Assembly: GCA_965200025.1 (NCBI GenBank)
Contig: OZ241325.1
Coordinates: 1,099,150-1,163,149 of the forward strand
Direction of reading: 5' to 3'
DNA from: Bdellovibrionales bacterium
Lineage (GTDB): Bacteria > Bdellovibrionota > Bdellovibrionia > Bdellovibrionales > UBA1609
Length of the DNA stretch: 64,000 bases
A model generated the notes under the pieces. The model searched no databases. It was not told where the DNA came from and saw only the letters and a program-made list of their open reading frames with translations. The position numbers and the translations under genes are program-made. Positions 27,580-38,401 of the stretch are shown in pieces; the first letter of the stretch is position 1, and each line of letters begins with the position of its first letter.

Positions 27580-28809
27580 TCAGCTGCTTTGAAGACCATC
27601 TGTTAAAGGCATTTTAAAAACTTTTAAGGCTGGTCCCACACAAGCCAAAAAACACACCACCTGGGAACAGGCAAGTACCAGCAAAAGGTCTGTGGACCTG
27701 ACATCTGTTACAATAGTCCCCACATGGTAAATTTCCTGAGGCACAATGTTCCAAAAATTTTGCAGCCACACCAGTCCCCTGGACAACATCAACCCTGCTG
27801 CAACACCCAACACACTGCCCACAAGACCCACAATCAGCCCCTGAATAAGAAACAGACGTACAATAAAAAAAGACCTGGCCCCCATAGCCCTTAACACACT
27901 GATCTCCCTCATCTGATTTAAAACAGAAATAGACAGATGAGAGGCCACATTAAAACAACCTGCAAGTACCAAAATCATGAGAATAAAAAAAATAATAAAC
28001 TTTTCCCTTTTGACTGTTTGCATATAGCTGTCACTGATACTTCCCACGATATGCCCCCAGGGGCTGATTCGGTAAGAGACCCCCAGCTTTTTTTTAACCC
28101 GCATGCTCCATTTTTGCACATCCTGTGGAGCAAACTGAGGGGGCATAAGCAGCCTGAGACCAGACAGTGCCTGCCCCACAGAGGTCAAACCTCTGGCAGT
28201 TTTTAAAGACACCAAAACCTGGCGGGCATTAAACTCATAAAATCCAAAATCCAAAATCCCCACCACAAAAAGCTCTTTATGACGGGAGTGCAGAGTGGAA
28301 GACCTTGCTGACAGATTTTGCGGCACAATAATATGAAATTTATCCCCTGTTTTTAAATGAAATTTTTTTGCCAGACTTTTCCCAATCACCGCAGCCCCCT
28401 TGGGGTTTAAATCAAAAGTCCCTTCCACCAAACGCCTCTTAAGAGGAAGAACAGAAAACACTGTTTGTAAATCCACACCCTCCAAAAGCACTCCGGAAAG
28501 CCTTCCCTCATAAGCCAGCAGGGATTTTAAATGCAAAAAACCAGAGTGGACCCGGGCCTGCTTTATCTCTTTTTGAATCCTCCCCATCAGCTGAAATTCC
28601 GAGACCGGTTGAGACCGGCTAAGCACCAAATCACCTGTCATATCCTTAATGGCCTTATTGACAGTGGTTTCATAACCACTATAAACAGACATACCCAAAA
28701 CCAGGCAGGAGACTGCCAAAATCAAACTCACAATACTCACCAAAGGGGTGAAAGAGATAAAATGTACGGGGGATAAAAAAAATCTTCTGAACCATAATAA
28801 AAAATACAT
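27580..28809 (-). CDS. LolC/LolE-family lipoprotein-releasing ABC permease
   Basis: MacB/FtsX architecture, with REISVLRAMGA and LFLIQGL. Confidence 0.88.
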   Translation of the reverse strand: MYFLLWFRRFFLSPVHFISFTPLVSIVSLILAVSCLVLGMSVYSGYETTVNKAIKDMTGDLVLSRSQPVSEFQLMGRIQKEIKQARVHSGFLHLKSLLAYEGRLSGVLLEGVDLQTVFSVLPLKRRLVEGTFDLNPKGAAVIGKSLAKKFHLKTGDKFHIIVPQNLSARSSTLHSRHKELFVVGILDFGFYEFNARQVLVSLKTARGLTSVGQALSGLRLLMPPQFAPQDVQKWSMRVKKKLGVSYRISPWGHIVGSISDSYMQTVKREKFIIFFILMILVLAGCFNVASHLSISVLNQMREISVLRAMGARSFFIVRLFLIQGLIVGLVGSVLGVAAGLMLSRGLVWLQNFWNIVPQEIYHVGTIVTDVRSTDLLLVLACSQVVCFLACVGPALKVFKMPLTDGLQSS

Positions 28810-28854
28810 TTGTTTTTTAATCCTTTACCCATTCTTTGAGTTTTACACAATACA

Positions 28855-29965
28855 TTAGTTTTTACTTTTGAGCCATGCAGAAATAAAAGGATTGAGTTCC
28901 CCATTAAGTACAGAGGAAACATCCCCCGTTTCCCATTGTGTTCTGTGATCTTTGACTTTGCGGTAAGGGTGCAGAATATAGGATCGGATTTGAGAACCCC
29001 ATTCGTTGGCTTTTTGCGAAGACTGGGCGGAGGATTTTTCCGCTTTTTGTTTTTCCTCCTCTTTGTGGACCAGTGCAGACTGAAGCATCTTCATGGCCTG
29101 GTGCCGGTTGGCGTGCTGGCTTCTTTGATTTTGACACTGTACCACCAATTTTGTGGGCAGGTGGGTAATTCTCACCGCACTGTCTGTTTTGTTGATGTGT
29201 TGGCCTCCGGCCCCACTGGCTCTGTAGGTGTCTACCCGAATGTCCTCGTCTTTAATTTGTACTGTGATGTTTTCCTCCACTTCAGGCCATACAAAAACAC
29301 TGGCAAAGCTGGTGTGCCTTCTGGAACCCGCATCAAAGGGACTGATACGCACCAGGCGGTGCACTCCCACCTCAGACTTCAGATACCCGTAAGAGCAAAA
29401 ACCTTTGACCAAAAACTGCACAGAGCGAATGCCCGCCTCCTCCCCCGGACTTAAAGAGATAAGCTCCACAGCAAAGCCCTGCCCGCCCGCCCACCGGAAA
29501 TACATTCTTTGAAGAATAAGGGCCCAGTCCTGTGCCTCTGTACCACCTGCCCCGGCATGGATGGACACATAAGAGTTTTTTTTGTCATAAGTGCCACTTA
29601 AAAAACTCTTAAGTTCCAGGTCTTTCAGCTGCCTTAAGGTCTGTGTAAAATCCCTCTTCAGATCAGAAAACAGGGCCTCATCCGCCTCCTCTTCCAGAAG
29701 ATGTGCCAGCTCCTCACTTTCCTTCAGTTTTTGGTGCAAGCTCCCCCACTCCGTGAGGGATTTTTCCAGCAGGGATTTTTCCCTGGATATTTGATTTAAC
29801 TTTTGATGATTTTTCCACACTTCCGGATGGGTGCTTTCGGAAGCCAGTTCCTTCAAACGCCTCTTTGATTGATCCAAATCAAAGATACCTCCAAAGCTCA
29901 TTCAGTTTTTTTTGAGCTTCCAGAATTTGATTTTTTATTTCGTCAAGTGGGAGGGGTGTTTTCAT
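28855..29965 (-). CDS. prfB: Peptide chain release factor 2 with programmed +1 frameshift
   Basis: ATG 29965 reads MKTPLP...LWRYL to GGAGG-TAT-CTT-TGA-T (UGA at 29879-29881). The +1 frame carries the SPF and GGQ motifs. Confidence 0.96.
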
Positions 29966-30023
29966 TTTCTTAAATCCTCATGGTTTTTTTGGGGGTAAAG
30001 ACCAGACTTTAGCAAAAAAAACC

Positions 30024-31139
30024 TTAAGGGGTAAGAGATATTTCACTGACCACACCAAAATGATCAGAACCTATCAGCCCATGTGCATTGGCTTTGTCCC
30101 CAAAAAGAGCAGAAGAGGAAAAATCCACCCCCGGGCTGACAAAAATATAATCAATGCGTCGGGGTTCCAGCAGGTAATGGGTCTGAAACCAGCTTTTGAC
30201 CTCTGGTTTTCCAAATACAGGCAGAGGAAGGCTTAAATGTTTTGTGTATTGGTGATTGATCTGGTTGGCGTGGATATTAAAAGTAAAGGGTTTTAAGGGA
30301 TCGGCACTGTCCATGACATCTCTCAGATTCTGAGCCAAGACTCTTTGGTAAGCCGGAGAGCTGGGTTTAAAGTTAAAATCCCCTGCCAAAATCAGGGGTT
30401 TTTTCGAAATGCCGGACAGTTTATCCATGTGTTGAAACAACATATTTAATTCCTTGTCTCTTCGCTGAGCGGATTTTTCAACAGCCTGCGTGATTTCCAA
30501 TTTTTGCTTAAGATTTAAAACCCCTTCTTGTTCCCACTTTGTGAGCTGGTTTTTTATGTTTTCTGAAAGCTCAGGACCATGGTGCAGATGGGTGAGGACT
30601 CCATAAAAAGAACCAAAAGAGGGGTGAAAAATATCAACAAACAAAGCATAGCGAAACTCCGCATACTGAAAAGTAAAAGCCCCATCACAATCCCCTAAAG
30701 GCCCGCTGAGTTTTAAAGCGGTAATTTTTCTTAACTGAAGAGGCTTTTTGGCAAAAACCACCAAACCACTGTTTAAATTCACCGGAAGCCCCACATTAAA
30801 AAGGGAAATTCCACAGTTGTCCCGGTGATACACGTAGGAATAAGAGTTTCCCAGGGCCCGGCCAATATGTTGAGCCAGCTTTTGAACAGGATTCACCTCC
30901 TGAAGGAAAATCAAATCCGGCTGAAGAGCTTTTAACCGGGAGATCTGAAGCTCAACCCTTTGGTTTTTTCTCCCCTCAGGTTCCAGCTCTTTCATTTTAA
31001 ATGTGGAAGTACTTAAACCATGCCACACATTATAGGTAAGAGCTTTGAGATCAATCTTTTTGGGGTGAGGAACCGGGGGAAAAGGTGCTGGCTGACAGGC
31101 AGTAAGAAACAAGCCTGTGAAAAGTAAAAAAACCTTCAT
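30024..31139 (-). CDS. Endonuclease/exonuclease/phosphatase-family lipoprotein
   Basis: LTAC lipobox, TYNV, LQEV, GDFN, RIDYIF and SDH. Confidence 0.9.
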   Translation of the reverse strand: MKVFLLFTGLFLTACQPAPFPPVPHPKKIDLKALTYNVWHGLSTSTFKMKELEPEGRKNQRVELQISRLKALQPDLIFLQEVNPVQKLAQHIGRALGNSYSYVYHRDNCGISLFNVGLPVNLNSGLVVFAKKPLQLRKITALKLSGPLGDCDGAFTFQYAEFRYALFVDIFHPSFGSFYGVLTHLHHGPELSENIKNQLTKWEQEGVLNLKQKLEITQAVEKSAQRRDKELNMLFQHMDKLSGISKKPLILAGDFNFKPSSPAYQRVLAQNLRDVMDSADPLKPFTFNIHANQINHQYTKHLSLPLPVFGKPEVKSWFQTHYLLEPRRIDYIFVSPGVDFSSSALFGDKANAHGLIGSDHFGVVSEISLTP

Positions 31140-31804
31140 TTCCCACCCAAGGCAAGACTTTTAAAAAAAAACAAACCACTGTCCCCGCCCATGTCAGAGT
31201 CTATGGCTCTTTCCGGATGAGGCATAAGCCCTGCCACATGCCCTGTTTTACTTTTTACACCTGCAATGCTTTGAAGAGATCCATTGGGGTTTTTTAAGTA
31301 AGTGAGCCAAATTCCCCCTGTGTCCTGAAGCTCTTTGATTTGATCCCCGGAGGCATAAAACCGGCCCTCTTTGTGTGCTATGGGAATTGAAAAATTTTGC
31401 CCGACTGAAGAAAAATCCCCTCCCCAGGCTTGAGATCCCCGTTGAATCTGAAGCCGAACCCACTTATGAATAAATTTTAAATGATGATTGATCTGAAGAG
31501 TGCCAGGCAAAAGCCCCACTTCACACAAAATTTGAAAGCCATTACAAATACCTAAAATGGGCCAGCCTTTTCGGGCCGCTGCCTGTACATCCTTTAAGGC
31601 CGGTGTGCGGGCCGCTAAAGCCCCGGCCCTTAAATAATCCCCGTAAGAAAAACCCCCTGGAAGAATCACAGCCCCAAAATCCCGGTACTCAAACCGGTCC
31701 CTGCCGTCCATCACCTGCGCAGGAATGCTTAAAAACTTAAAAGCCCTCACCACATCTTTTTCACACTGTGTACCTGGAAAGCGTAAAACAGCAACAGCTT
31801 TCAA
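31136..31804 (-). CDS. purQ: FGAM synthase glutaminase subunit
   Basis: FPGT.C, PGGFSYGDYLR, GICNGFQIL, IAH.EG and MPHPER. Confidence 0.95.
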   Translation of the reverse strand: MKAVAVLRFPGTQCEKDVVRAFKFLSIPAQVMDGRDRFEYRDFGAVILPGGFSYGDYLRAGALAARTPALKDVQAAARKGWPILGICNGFQILCEVGLLPGTLQINHHLKFIHKWVRLQIQRGSQAWGGDFSSVGQNFSIPIAHKEGRFYASGDQIKELQDTGGIWLTYLKNPNGSLQSIAGVKSKTGHVAGLMPHPERAIDSDMGGDSGLFFFKSLALGGK

Positions 31805-32106
31805 TCCAGGGCCTCAAGCGTCTCATCCAAGCCTAAAAGCTCTTCCTCTGTGAAAGGTTTTGTTGTTATAATCTCCTCACTGAAATCGGGATAAATCACT
31901 TTGATAACCAAAACTTTCCTGGCGGGGACAAACCAGTACTCCCTTTGTGTTTGATCTTCCATCTGCCGGGAACCCAGCAGCACATAGCTTTCCCCTTCTG
32001 AAACCCCCTCCCCTTCACTGAAAACCTGAAGAGAAAGACACAAAGCACACAAAATCAGTATCTTCTTCACCATAAACATTGTAATAAAAACCACCCTCTG
32101 TATCAA
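31801..32106 (-). CDS. Small secreted hypothetical protein (true start probably a downstream ATG)
   Basis: Signal-like KKILILCALCLSLQVFS. The stop overlaps the purQ start. Confidence 0.6.
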   Translation of the reverse strand: MIQRVVFITMFMVKKILILCALCLSLQVFSEGEGVSEGESYVLLGSRQMEDQTQREYWFVPARKVLVIKVIYPDFSEEIITTKPFTEEELLGLDETLEALD

Positions 32107-32130
32107 CTTTACATTCCGTTTATGACCCTT

Positions 32131-34191
32131 TTAGTCAGGAGCATGAATATGAATATCTTTTAAAATAAAGGGAATGTTTCTCCCCCTCACAGATGGGGGC
32201 TTTGCGGTGACACGGGCGGGGGGCTTTGTTTTTTGATCCTGAAGGGCTTCACTCAGCTGCCTGTTGAGTTTTTGCAGGCTTAAAACCTGTTTTTGGTACT
32301 GCTCTATATGCGGCTTTTGCCTGTCACAAAGATTTTCCAGCTCTGTCACCTGGTTTTGCAGTTTATGGTGGGTGCGGGTTAAAGAATCTTTTTCCTGAAG
32401 AAGGCTCGCTTTCTGAGTTTGCAGGCTATGGATTTTAAAGCTTTTAAGCTCCCCCTCCGCCTGAAGCTGCTTAAATTCTTTTTGAAGCTTAAAGACCTCT
32501 TCGGTGTGAGAATGGTGCAGGGCCTGGGAGTTTCTTTTTTCTGCAATCAGATCATTTTCCATCTCCACCCGCAAGGTGTGTAAAGCATCCTCGTGCATCT
32601 CTTTCAATTCCCCTATACGGGCTTCAAGCTCCTCCTCTTTTTGCTTTCTTTTTAAATCATACTGCTTTTTTATCTCCTGCCACTTGTGCCTTAAGGAGTC
32701 CTCTTTTTCCTCCAGCATAAGGTGGTATTTTTTCTCCATCTGCTGAAGCTCTTTTTGTTTCTCAAGGTTGAGTTCTTTTTGCCACCTGGTAAAGCGTCCG
32801 TCCCATTTGACTTCCAGGGTCTCCTGGTAATCGATATAGTTTTTGTTCAGGTTTTCCACCTCATTGTTTAAAGACAAAATCAAATCCTCTTTGTTCTGAA
32901 GCTTAAGCTGTAGGGCCTGCTGACGGGTGGTCAGGGTGTTTTGATGCTGCTTTCTGATGTCAGTTATCATTTGGCGAAAATAAGCCTCTTTTTTTAAGAG
33001 TTCCTGGTGGTGGTCCTTCTTCATTTTTTGACTTTTGACCTGAGCCTGAACAGCCAGCCCCCTGATACGGTTTTCAAACTCCCCCTTTAAGCGGTTTTGA
33101 ACCTCTTTTTGTTGTTGTTTGTATTTTAGAAGGTTTTGGTTTTGTTTTTGCATCACCCGCTGAATCCTCTGATGCCATTGGGTTTTAAGGTTTTTATATT
33201 TTTTAAAGAGCCTGTGGGTGATGTCCCGATGACCAGCCAGTATCTGATTTTGTTTTTTTAATTTTAACCATTTTTCAGTACTCTCTTTGATTTTTTGTGA
33301 ATGGTGGCGGTTTAACCTTTGAATTAAAGAGCTGTAATGCCTGCGGGTTTGAAGGATGCCTTCCCTGTGGGAGTTTTCCATCTGTGTTTTTTGTTTTTCA
33401 AATTTTTGCTGAAGGATGTTAAATTGTTTCTCTTTTTGCCGGAGTGTGTTTTTGTGCCAGGCCTCAAACATAAGGCTTTGTTTTTGAAAAACCTCCATTT
33501 GTTTGTTCATCATAAGATGGATCTGATAAGTTTGCTCTATTTCCTGATGAAGCCTGAGACGCAAAGTGCTTTGCTGTTTTTTTAACTGAAGGGTGTTGTT
33601 TGCACTTTGTTGTTCTTTGTGTTTTAAAGCCCCCCTTAACATACAAATGTTTTGCCCCTGTATTTTTTTAAACCGCAGATGGGTGTTTATTTTTTTCACC
33701 TGGATTTGGTTTTGTTTTTTGTGTTCCTGAATTTCCACCTGGGCCTGCCGGTTTTTTTGTATCTCTTCACGAATTTGATTTTGCAGGTGGTGATTAAGGC
33801 GGCTCAGCCGGTGTTCCGCCTCTTTTTTCAGCTTCAGGTCTTTTTGCAGAAGATCTATACAGGTTTTTATTTTTTCTGCCTCCTGGTTGTAGTGTTTAAT
33901 ACTTTGCTGAAAGTGTGTGTTGGCGGTTAAAAGGTTTTCGTGTTCTTTTTTTATTTTCAGAGATTCCTGCTCAAGAGCATTGTGCTTTTGAACCAGGTCA
34001 AGGTTTTCCTGTTTTAAAGACTGAATGCGGGACACCAAAAACATGTTTTTTCTTAAAGAAAGAGAGTATTCCTTACGAAGTTGAATCTGGCTTAAAGCCT
34101 CATCAGACAGGACAGGTATTTGTGAAACCCGGTCAAAATCCTCTGACCCCTCTTCCCGTAAGCGGGCTTTTTTTAAAAGTGAAGAATCCAT
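32131..34191 (-). CDS. Long coiled-coil protein
   Basis: 686 aa, rich in Q/K/E/L heptads, with no ATPase motifs. Confidence 0.8.
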   Translation of the reverse strand: MDSSLLKKARLREEGSEDFDRVSQIPVLSDEALSQIQLRKEYSLSLRKNMFLVSRIQSLKQENLDLVQKHNALEQESLKIKKEHENLLTANTHFQQSIKHYNQEAEKIKTCIDLLQKDLKLKKEAEHRLSRLNHHLQNQIREEIQKNRQAQVEIQEHKKQNQIQVKKINTHLRFKKIQGQNICMLRGALKHKEQQSANNTLQLKKQQSTLRLRLHQEIEQTYQIHLMMNKQMEVFQKQSLMFEAWHKNTLRQKEKQFNILQQKFEKQKTQMENSHREGILQTRRHYSSLIQRLNRHHSQKIKESTEKWLKLKKQNQILAGHRDITHRLFKKYKNLKTQWHQRIQRVMQKQNQNLLKYKQQQKEVQNRLKGEFENRIRGLAVQAQVKSQKMKKDHHQELLKKEAYFRQMITDIRKQHQNTLTTRQQALQLKLQNKEDLILSLNNEVENLNKNYIDYQETLEVKWDGRFTRWQKELNLEKQKELQQMEKKYHLMLEEKEDSLRHKWQEIKKQYDLKRKQKEEELEARIGELKEMHEDALHTLRVEMENDLIAEKRNSQALHHSHTEEVFKLQKEFKQLQAEGELKSFKIHSLQTQKASLLQEKDSLTRTHHKLQNQVTELENLCDRQKPHIEQYQKQVLSLQKLNRQLSEALQDQKTKPPARVTAKPPSVRGRNIPFILKDIHIHAPD

Positions 34192-34372
34192 TCTTTACGA
34201 CACCCTTTAATCAATACCTTTAGAAGCACTGTCTCAAAGTGTGTCTCTGTCTTTGTGTTTTTGTCAAAATAATTTAAAGAATTTAATCTCTACGACCCAC
34301 CACAAAATAAACTCTTTTTTTGGACCAAAGTCTGGTTTTTAAACCCTTCACCCGGAAAACAGTGAGGGCCTT

Positions 34373-36226
34373 TTATGAGATGGTGGTGACAGAGATTTCA
34401 ATCTCCTGGGAGACCTCGTTTTGCAGCCTGCGGGAGTTTTCGGGGTCCCGGCCCACGCCAAAATACACCATCTGGGGGGAAAAAGCATTCTTTAAGGTCT
34501 GAAGCCCCTCCACCAAACTCCCCGGTAAAATCTTAACAGTCAAAATAATATGCAGGTTTTGAAACTGGGGAGCCACCTGTTGAGAGACCACCCTTTGTAA
34601 CAACTCATAAAAAACCTCACTGCTGGAGGTGGACTCTTCACTTTCTGCATAAAACAAAATCAGCTCAAAAGCCCCGGGATGTTTTTTGGAAATAAACTCC
34701 AGGGTGGAGGATATCAGCCTTCGAACCCGATGCTCCCCCACACACAAAATGTATTTGGGTAAATTTTCCGGAAGTTCCCCCATGGTACGCATAAATTTGC
34801 CAAAACCCAGTCGGAGATCAGTATGGGTTTTTAGACGATTTTCCAAAACCCCCCAACGGTAGTAAGTCATAAGCATCAGAGTTACAAAAATAAGAAAAGT
34901 CAGCATAAACTTAACATTGGAGTCTGCATTCACAAACAAAATCCATACGGCCCCACTCAAAATCAGGGCGGTCCATAAGGGGGGGGCGGCAATAACGGCC
35001 CGGCCCACCTGTAAAGTACTCTGAGACAAATACTCTTTGGGAGCCGACTTTCTAAACCCCTTGTTTCTCATAAAAATAGCCCCCAGGGCAAAGCTCACCA
35101 TCACACCCAAAAAAGCAATCTCATAAACTTTGGCAGCCACATCCACTTCCCCTGCCACCATGGCAGACATAAACATAACAATCACCATTAATCCCAGACA
35201 GATAATGGGATAGCCCTCCACCTGAGGAAGAAAATGAGAAATTCTTTTCAGGCAGATTTGTGGCAGGTTTCCATGTTTGGCCATTGTGGTGGCCAGGCCA
35301 ATAAAGCCCACAAATGCCGTATTGGTGGCGGCAAACAAAGTCAGCGTGGCATCTATAACAATCACAGTGAGGAGAAATTTGCCTCCTATTTTTTCTGACA
35401 GGCCGGAAAGCAGGTAGTTGAGATTATAATGCACCTCCTCCGGGGTCAAAATGGTTAAGCACAACAAAGAGATGGCAGGGGCTGTGACAGAAACCATAAT
35501 AATCACCACCTTGTAAAGCCTTCGAACGGTATACAAAGTCGGATGTTTTAAAGTCTCCACAATTTGAGCTGCTGACTCAAAACCGGTAATACCCAAAAAT
35601 GCCGCAGAAAAACCATAGGCCAAAGTGGCAAGGCTTAAAGTCCTTGGGAAAGCTCCAAAATCCATAAACTTTGAAAAACGAATCTCTGACCAGTGAAAAC
35701 CAATATAAATCAAACCCCACAAGGTGATCAACATCAGAAGTCCAAAATGAAAGATGGCAACCCCTGTGACCAGCCGGGCAGGTTCTTTAATACCCTTAAT
35801 GTTCAACACACCAAAAAAAATCACCGGTATAAAAGAGACCAGCACCACAGTGGTGGTGTCGCTCATCTGAGCGGGAAACAAAGAGGACAGGTAAAAACTC
35901 CCGGAAAGAGAGCTGACAGCAGCTGTTGCCAGGTAAGAAACAAAAGTCAAAGCCCCTGCAAAAATGGCAGCCCTCTTACCCACGCTTCTTAAGATCATGG
36001 AGTAAGCCCCACCATTGTAGGGACTCATGGCCAGCCCCTCCTCGTAGGTTCTCTTAAAAAGCCACATGGCCAGGCAGGCGGTGAGTACAAACAAAGGGGC
36101 CAAATGCCCCACAATGGGGAACAAAATCCCCGTACCGTAAAAGACAGAAGTCCCTATATCCGCCCCAACCACACCCGCGGCGATGAGCCAGTTGAGTTCT
36201 GATTTGTGCTTACCATTCTGATCCAA
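34373..36226 (-). CDS. APC-family permease with C-terminal soluble domain
   Basis: GADIGTSVFY, NGGAYS and GITGFES motifs, about 12 TM segments. Confidence 0.85.
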   Translation of the reverse strand: MDQNGKHKSELNWLIAAGVVGADIGTSVFYGTGILFPIVGHLAPLFVLTACLAMWLFKRTYEEGLAMSPYNGGAYSMILRSVGKRAAIFAGALTFVSYLATAAVSSLSGSFYLSSLFPAQMSDTTTVVLVSFIPVIFFGVLNIKGIKEPARLVTGVAIFHFGLLMLITLWGLIYIGFHWSEIRFSKFMDFGAFPRTLSLATLAYGFSAAFLGITGFESAAQIVETLKHPTLYTVRRLYKVVIIMVSVTAPAISLLCLTILTPEEVHYNLNYLLSGLSEKIGGKFLLTVIVIDATLTLFAATNTAFVGFIGLATTMAKHGNLPQICLKRISHFLPQVEGYPIICLGLMVIVMFMSAMVAGEVDVAAKVYEIAFLGVMVSFALGAIFMRNKGFRKSAPKEYLSQSTLQVGRAVIAAPPLWTALILSGAVWILFVNADSNVKFMLTFLIFVTLMLMTYYRWGVLENRLKTHTDLRLGFGKFMRTMGELPENLPKYILCVGEHRVRRLISSTLEFISKKHPGAFELILFYAESEESTSSSEVFYELLQRVVSQQVAPQFQNLHIILTVKILPGSLVEGLQTLKNAFSPQMVYFGVGRDPENSRRLQNEVSQEIEISVTTIS

Positions 36227-36369
36227 CGCTGCTTAACCTTTCCCCTTATACCAAAACAAACGCCCACAAAGAATTATTAAACATCTATAATCAATGACAA
36301 GAGTTTTCTTTACTCTTTACAAGGGATGGCCGGCAAGAAATAAACGATTTTTTACAATAACGCAAAGCT

Positions 36370-36687
36370 TTATTTTGTGGGGCTGCATTTTTTAAAGGAC
36401 TTGGACAGTTTTTGGCATCTTTCTGTGGCTTTTGCCTGTACATCCGGAAGGCCTTTGCCCTCCAGGATAAAAGTGGTTTCTGTATTGTCCGGGTTCAGGC
36501 AGTGGCATAAGAAACTTTTTTGCCCCCCGCTGGTGGGCTGGGCCTGGGGCGTGGTTTTACCACTTTGCCCATCACTCTGTGGGGGTGATGGGCTTGGCTG
36601 CACGGGAGAACCTCCCTTTGGCGGGGTTTTTGGGGAGCAACAAAGCATGCCTGTACAAGCAATTAGGGCCACAAAAAATGTTTTCAT
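36370..36687 (-). CDS. Small Pro-rich lipoprotein
   Basis: GGAGG RBS, MKTFFVALIACTGMLCC, P/S/Q linker and Cys-containing C-terminal domain. Confidence 0.7.
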   Translation of the reverse strand: MKTFFVALIACTGMLCCSPKTPPKGGSPVQPSPSPPQSDGQSGKTTPQAQPTSGGQKSFLCHCLNPDNTETTFILEGKGLPDVQAKATERCQKLSKSFKKCSPTK

Positions 36688-36747
36688 TCGTACTTTACCT
36701 CCCATTTTTAATTTTACATAATATACCTGTAAGCGGAAGTCAAATTT

Positions 36748-38385
36748 ATGAAAAAGCTTTTTTTTATTTTTATTTTGCTTTTTGTTTATTATGTGTGGTC
36801 TCACCCGCTTTTTAATCATCCTGTACATTTTATGGCAGCCTTTGTGCCTTTTCCGCCAGTGGTGGCGTTGTTGTTATCCCCTGAAGCTTTAAGCAGGAGG
36901 GGTAAAGATTTTGGAGTGGCCCTTCACTACGCCGCCCGGTTTAACCCCAACCCCCGGGTGCTAAATCTTTTGTTGAAAAAGGGGGCAGATCCCAATGCCC
37001 GGGACAAATACGGCAGGGGGGCTGTTCATTTATCCCTCAACAGCTTAAAAAAATTTCAAATCCTGATACGGCACAAAGCCGATACAGGCTTAAAAACCAA
37101 AACCGGGGACAACCCCCTGCACTACCTAATGACCCAATCCCATAATTTAAAGTTTTTAAAATTCCTTTTAAAACAGGGGGGTCTTGGGCTTTTTACAAAA
37201 AATCACAAGGGGGATACACCTTTGCACACAGCCGCTGCCCATAACCCGGACCCTGCACTTATGGAGTATCTGCTCTCTTACCTGCAAAAAAACTCACAAC
37301 AGAAAGCAGGCCTTCCTCAAAAAAATAACTGGGTGAATATCAAAAACTTTAATGGTTTAAGTCTGCTGCACAAAGCTGCTGCCCAAAATCCAAAGCCCAA
37401 AAAAATGATAGATTTTCTTATTCAAAAAGGGGCTGAGCTGGAAGCTTATGACAAAGAGGGCAGCCGTCCCCTGCACTGGGCTGCGGGCTTTAACCCCTCC
37501 CCTGAGGCTGCAAAGGCTTTGATACTCCACGGGGCGGATGTCAATGCTTTAAACCGGTACCAGGCCCCGCCCCTGTTATGGGGGGCCATGCACAACACCC
37601 ATCCGGAGGTTTTAAAAGTGATTGTTTTTTCCAAAAACTTTAACCCGGGCCTGACAGGTCGAAGTAAAAGCAATGCACTTCATAAGGCCGCAGCCATGAA
37701 TAAAAACCCTGCTGTTTCAGAGTTTTTAATTCAGATGGGATTTCAGGTAAATATGCCCGATGAAGACGGCAACACCCCCCTTCATTATGCTGCTTCCGAA
37801 AACCCTCACCTTTCTGTGTTAAAGGTGCTGCTTAAGGCGGGGGCCAGGCCCAATCAGACCGACCACTACGAAGGCATAGCCCTGCACCTGGCTGCCAAAC
37901 AAAACCCCAACCCCCAAGTGTTTAAAACCCTGCGGGACTTAACCCACGATCTCAACAAAAAAAACTCAGACGGAAACACAGCTCTTCATTTTGCCTCAGC
38001 CCGAAGTTTTTTACCCGCCCTTAAGTTTTTGACAGAAAAAAAAGTGGAGGTGAATATCAAAAACAAACAAAAACAAACAGCTCTTCATTGGGCGGCCTCT
38101 TTTAACACAGGCCCTGTGGTCACAAACATTTTGTTAAAAGCGGGGGCTGATCCCAACACACAGGATCAGCAAAAACAAAGCCCTTTGCACAAGGCTGTTT
38201 TGCAGGGCTATAGAAGTGAGATTGTGGCAGCTCTTTTAAAAGGGGGGGCTGATCCCTGCCTGAAAGATCAAAAGGATTATCTGCCCGTGGATTATGCAGA
38301 CCAATACAAGGGGCTTTCAAAAATCCCCTCTTATCAAAAACTCAAATCCTTAAGCCTGAAATGCACGCATTTACACGAGAAATAA
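36748..38385 (+). CDS. Ankyrin-repeat protein with N-terminal membrane anchor
   Basis: More than 10 G.TPLH.AA..NP.....LL..GAD.N repeats. Confidence 0.93.
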   Translation: MKKLFFIFILLFVYYVWSHPLFNHPVHFMAAFVPFPPVVALLLSPEALSRRGKDFGVALHYAARFNPNPRVLNLLLKKGADPNARDKYGRGAVHLSLNSLKKFQILIRHKADTGLKTKTGDNPLHYLMTQSHNLKFLKFLLKQGGLGLFTKNHKGDTPLHTAAAHNPDPALMEYLLSYLQKNSQQKAGLPQKNNWVNIKNFNGLSLLHKAAAQNPKPKKMIDFLIQKGAELEAYDKEGSRPLHWAAGFNPSPEAAKALILHGADVNALNRYQAPPLLWGAMHNTHPEVLKVIVFSKNFNPGLTGRSKSNALHKAAAMNKNPAVSEFLIQMGFQVNMPDEDGNTPLHYAASENPHLSVLKVLLKAGARPNQTDHYEGIALHLAAKQNPNPQVFKTLRDLTHDLNKKNSDGNTALHFASARSFLPALKFLTEKKVEVNIKNKQKQTALHWAASFNTGPVVTNILLKAGADPNTQDQQKQSPLHKAVLQGYRSEIVAALLKGGADPCLKDQKDYLPVDYADQYKGLSKIPSYQKLKSLSLKCTHLHEK

Positions 38386-38401
38386 AAACTTTTTGTGTTC
38401 C

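Noticed and set aside
32131-34191. SMC/SbcC-type ATPase or phage tape measure protein
   Set aside because: No Walker motifs and no phage context; it is a generic coiled coil.
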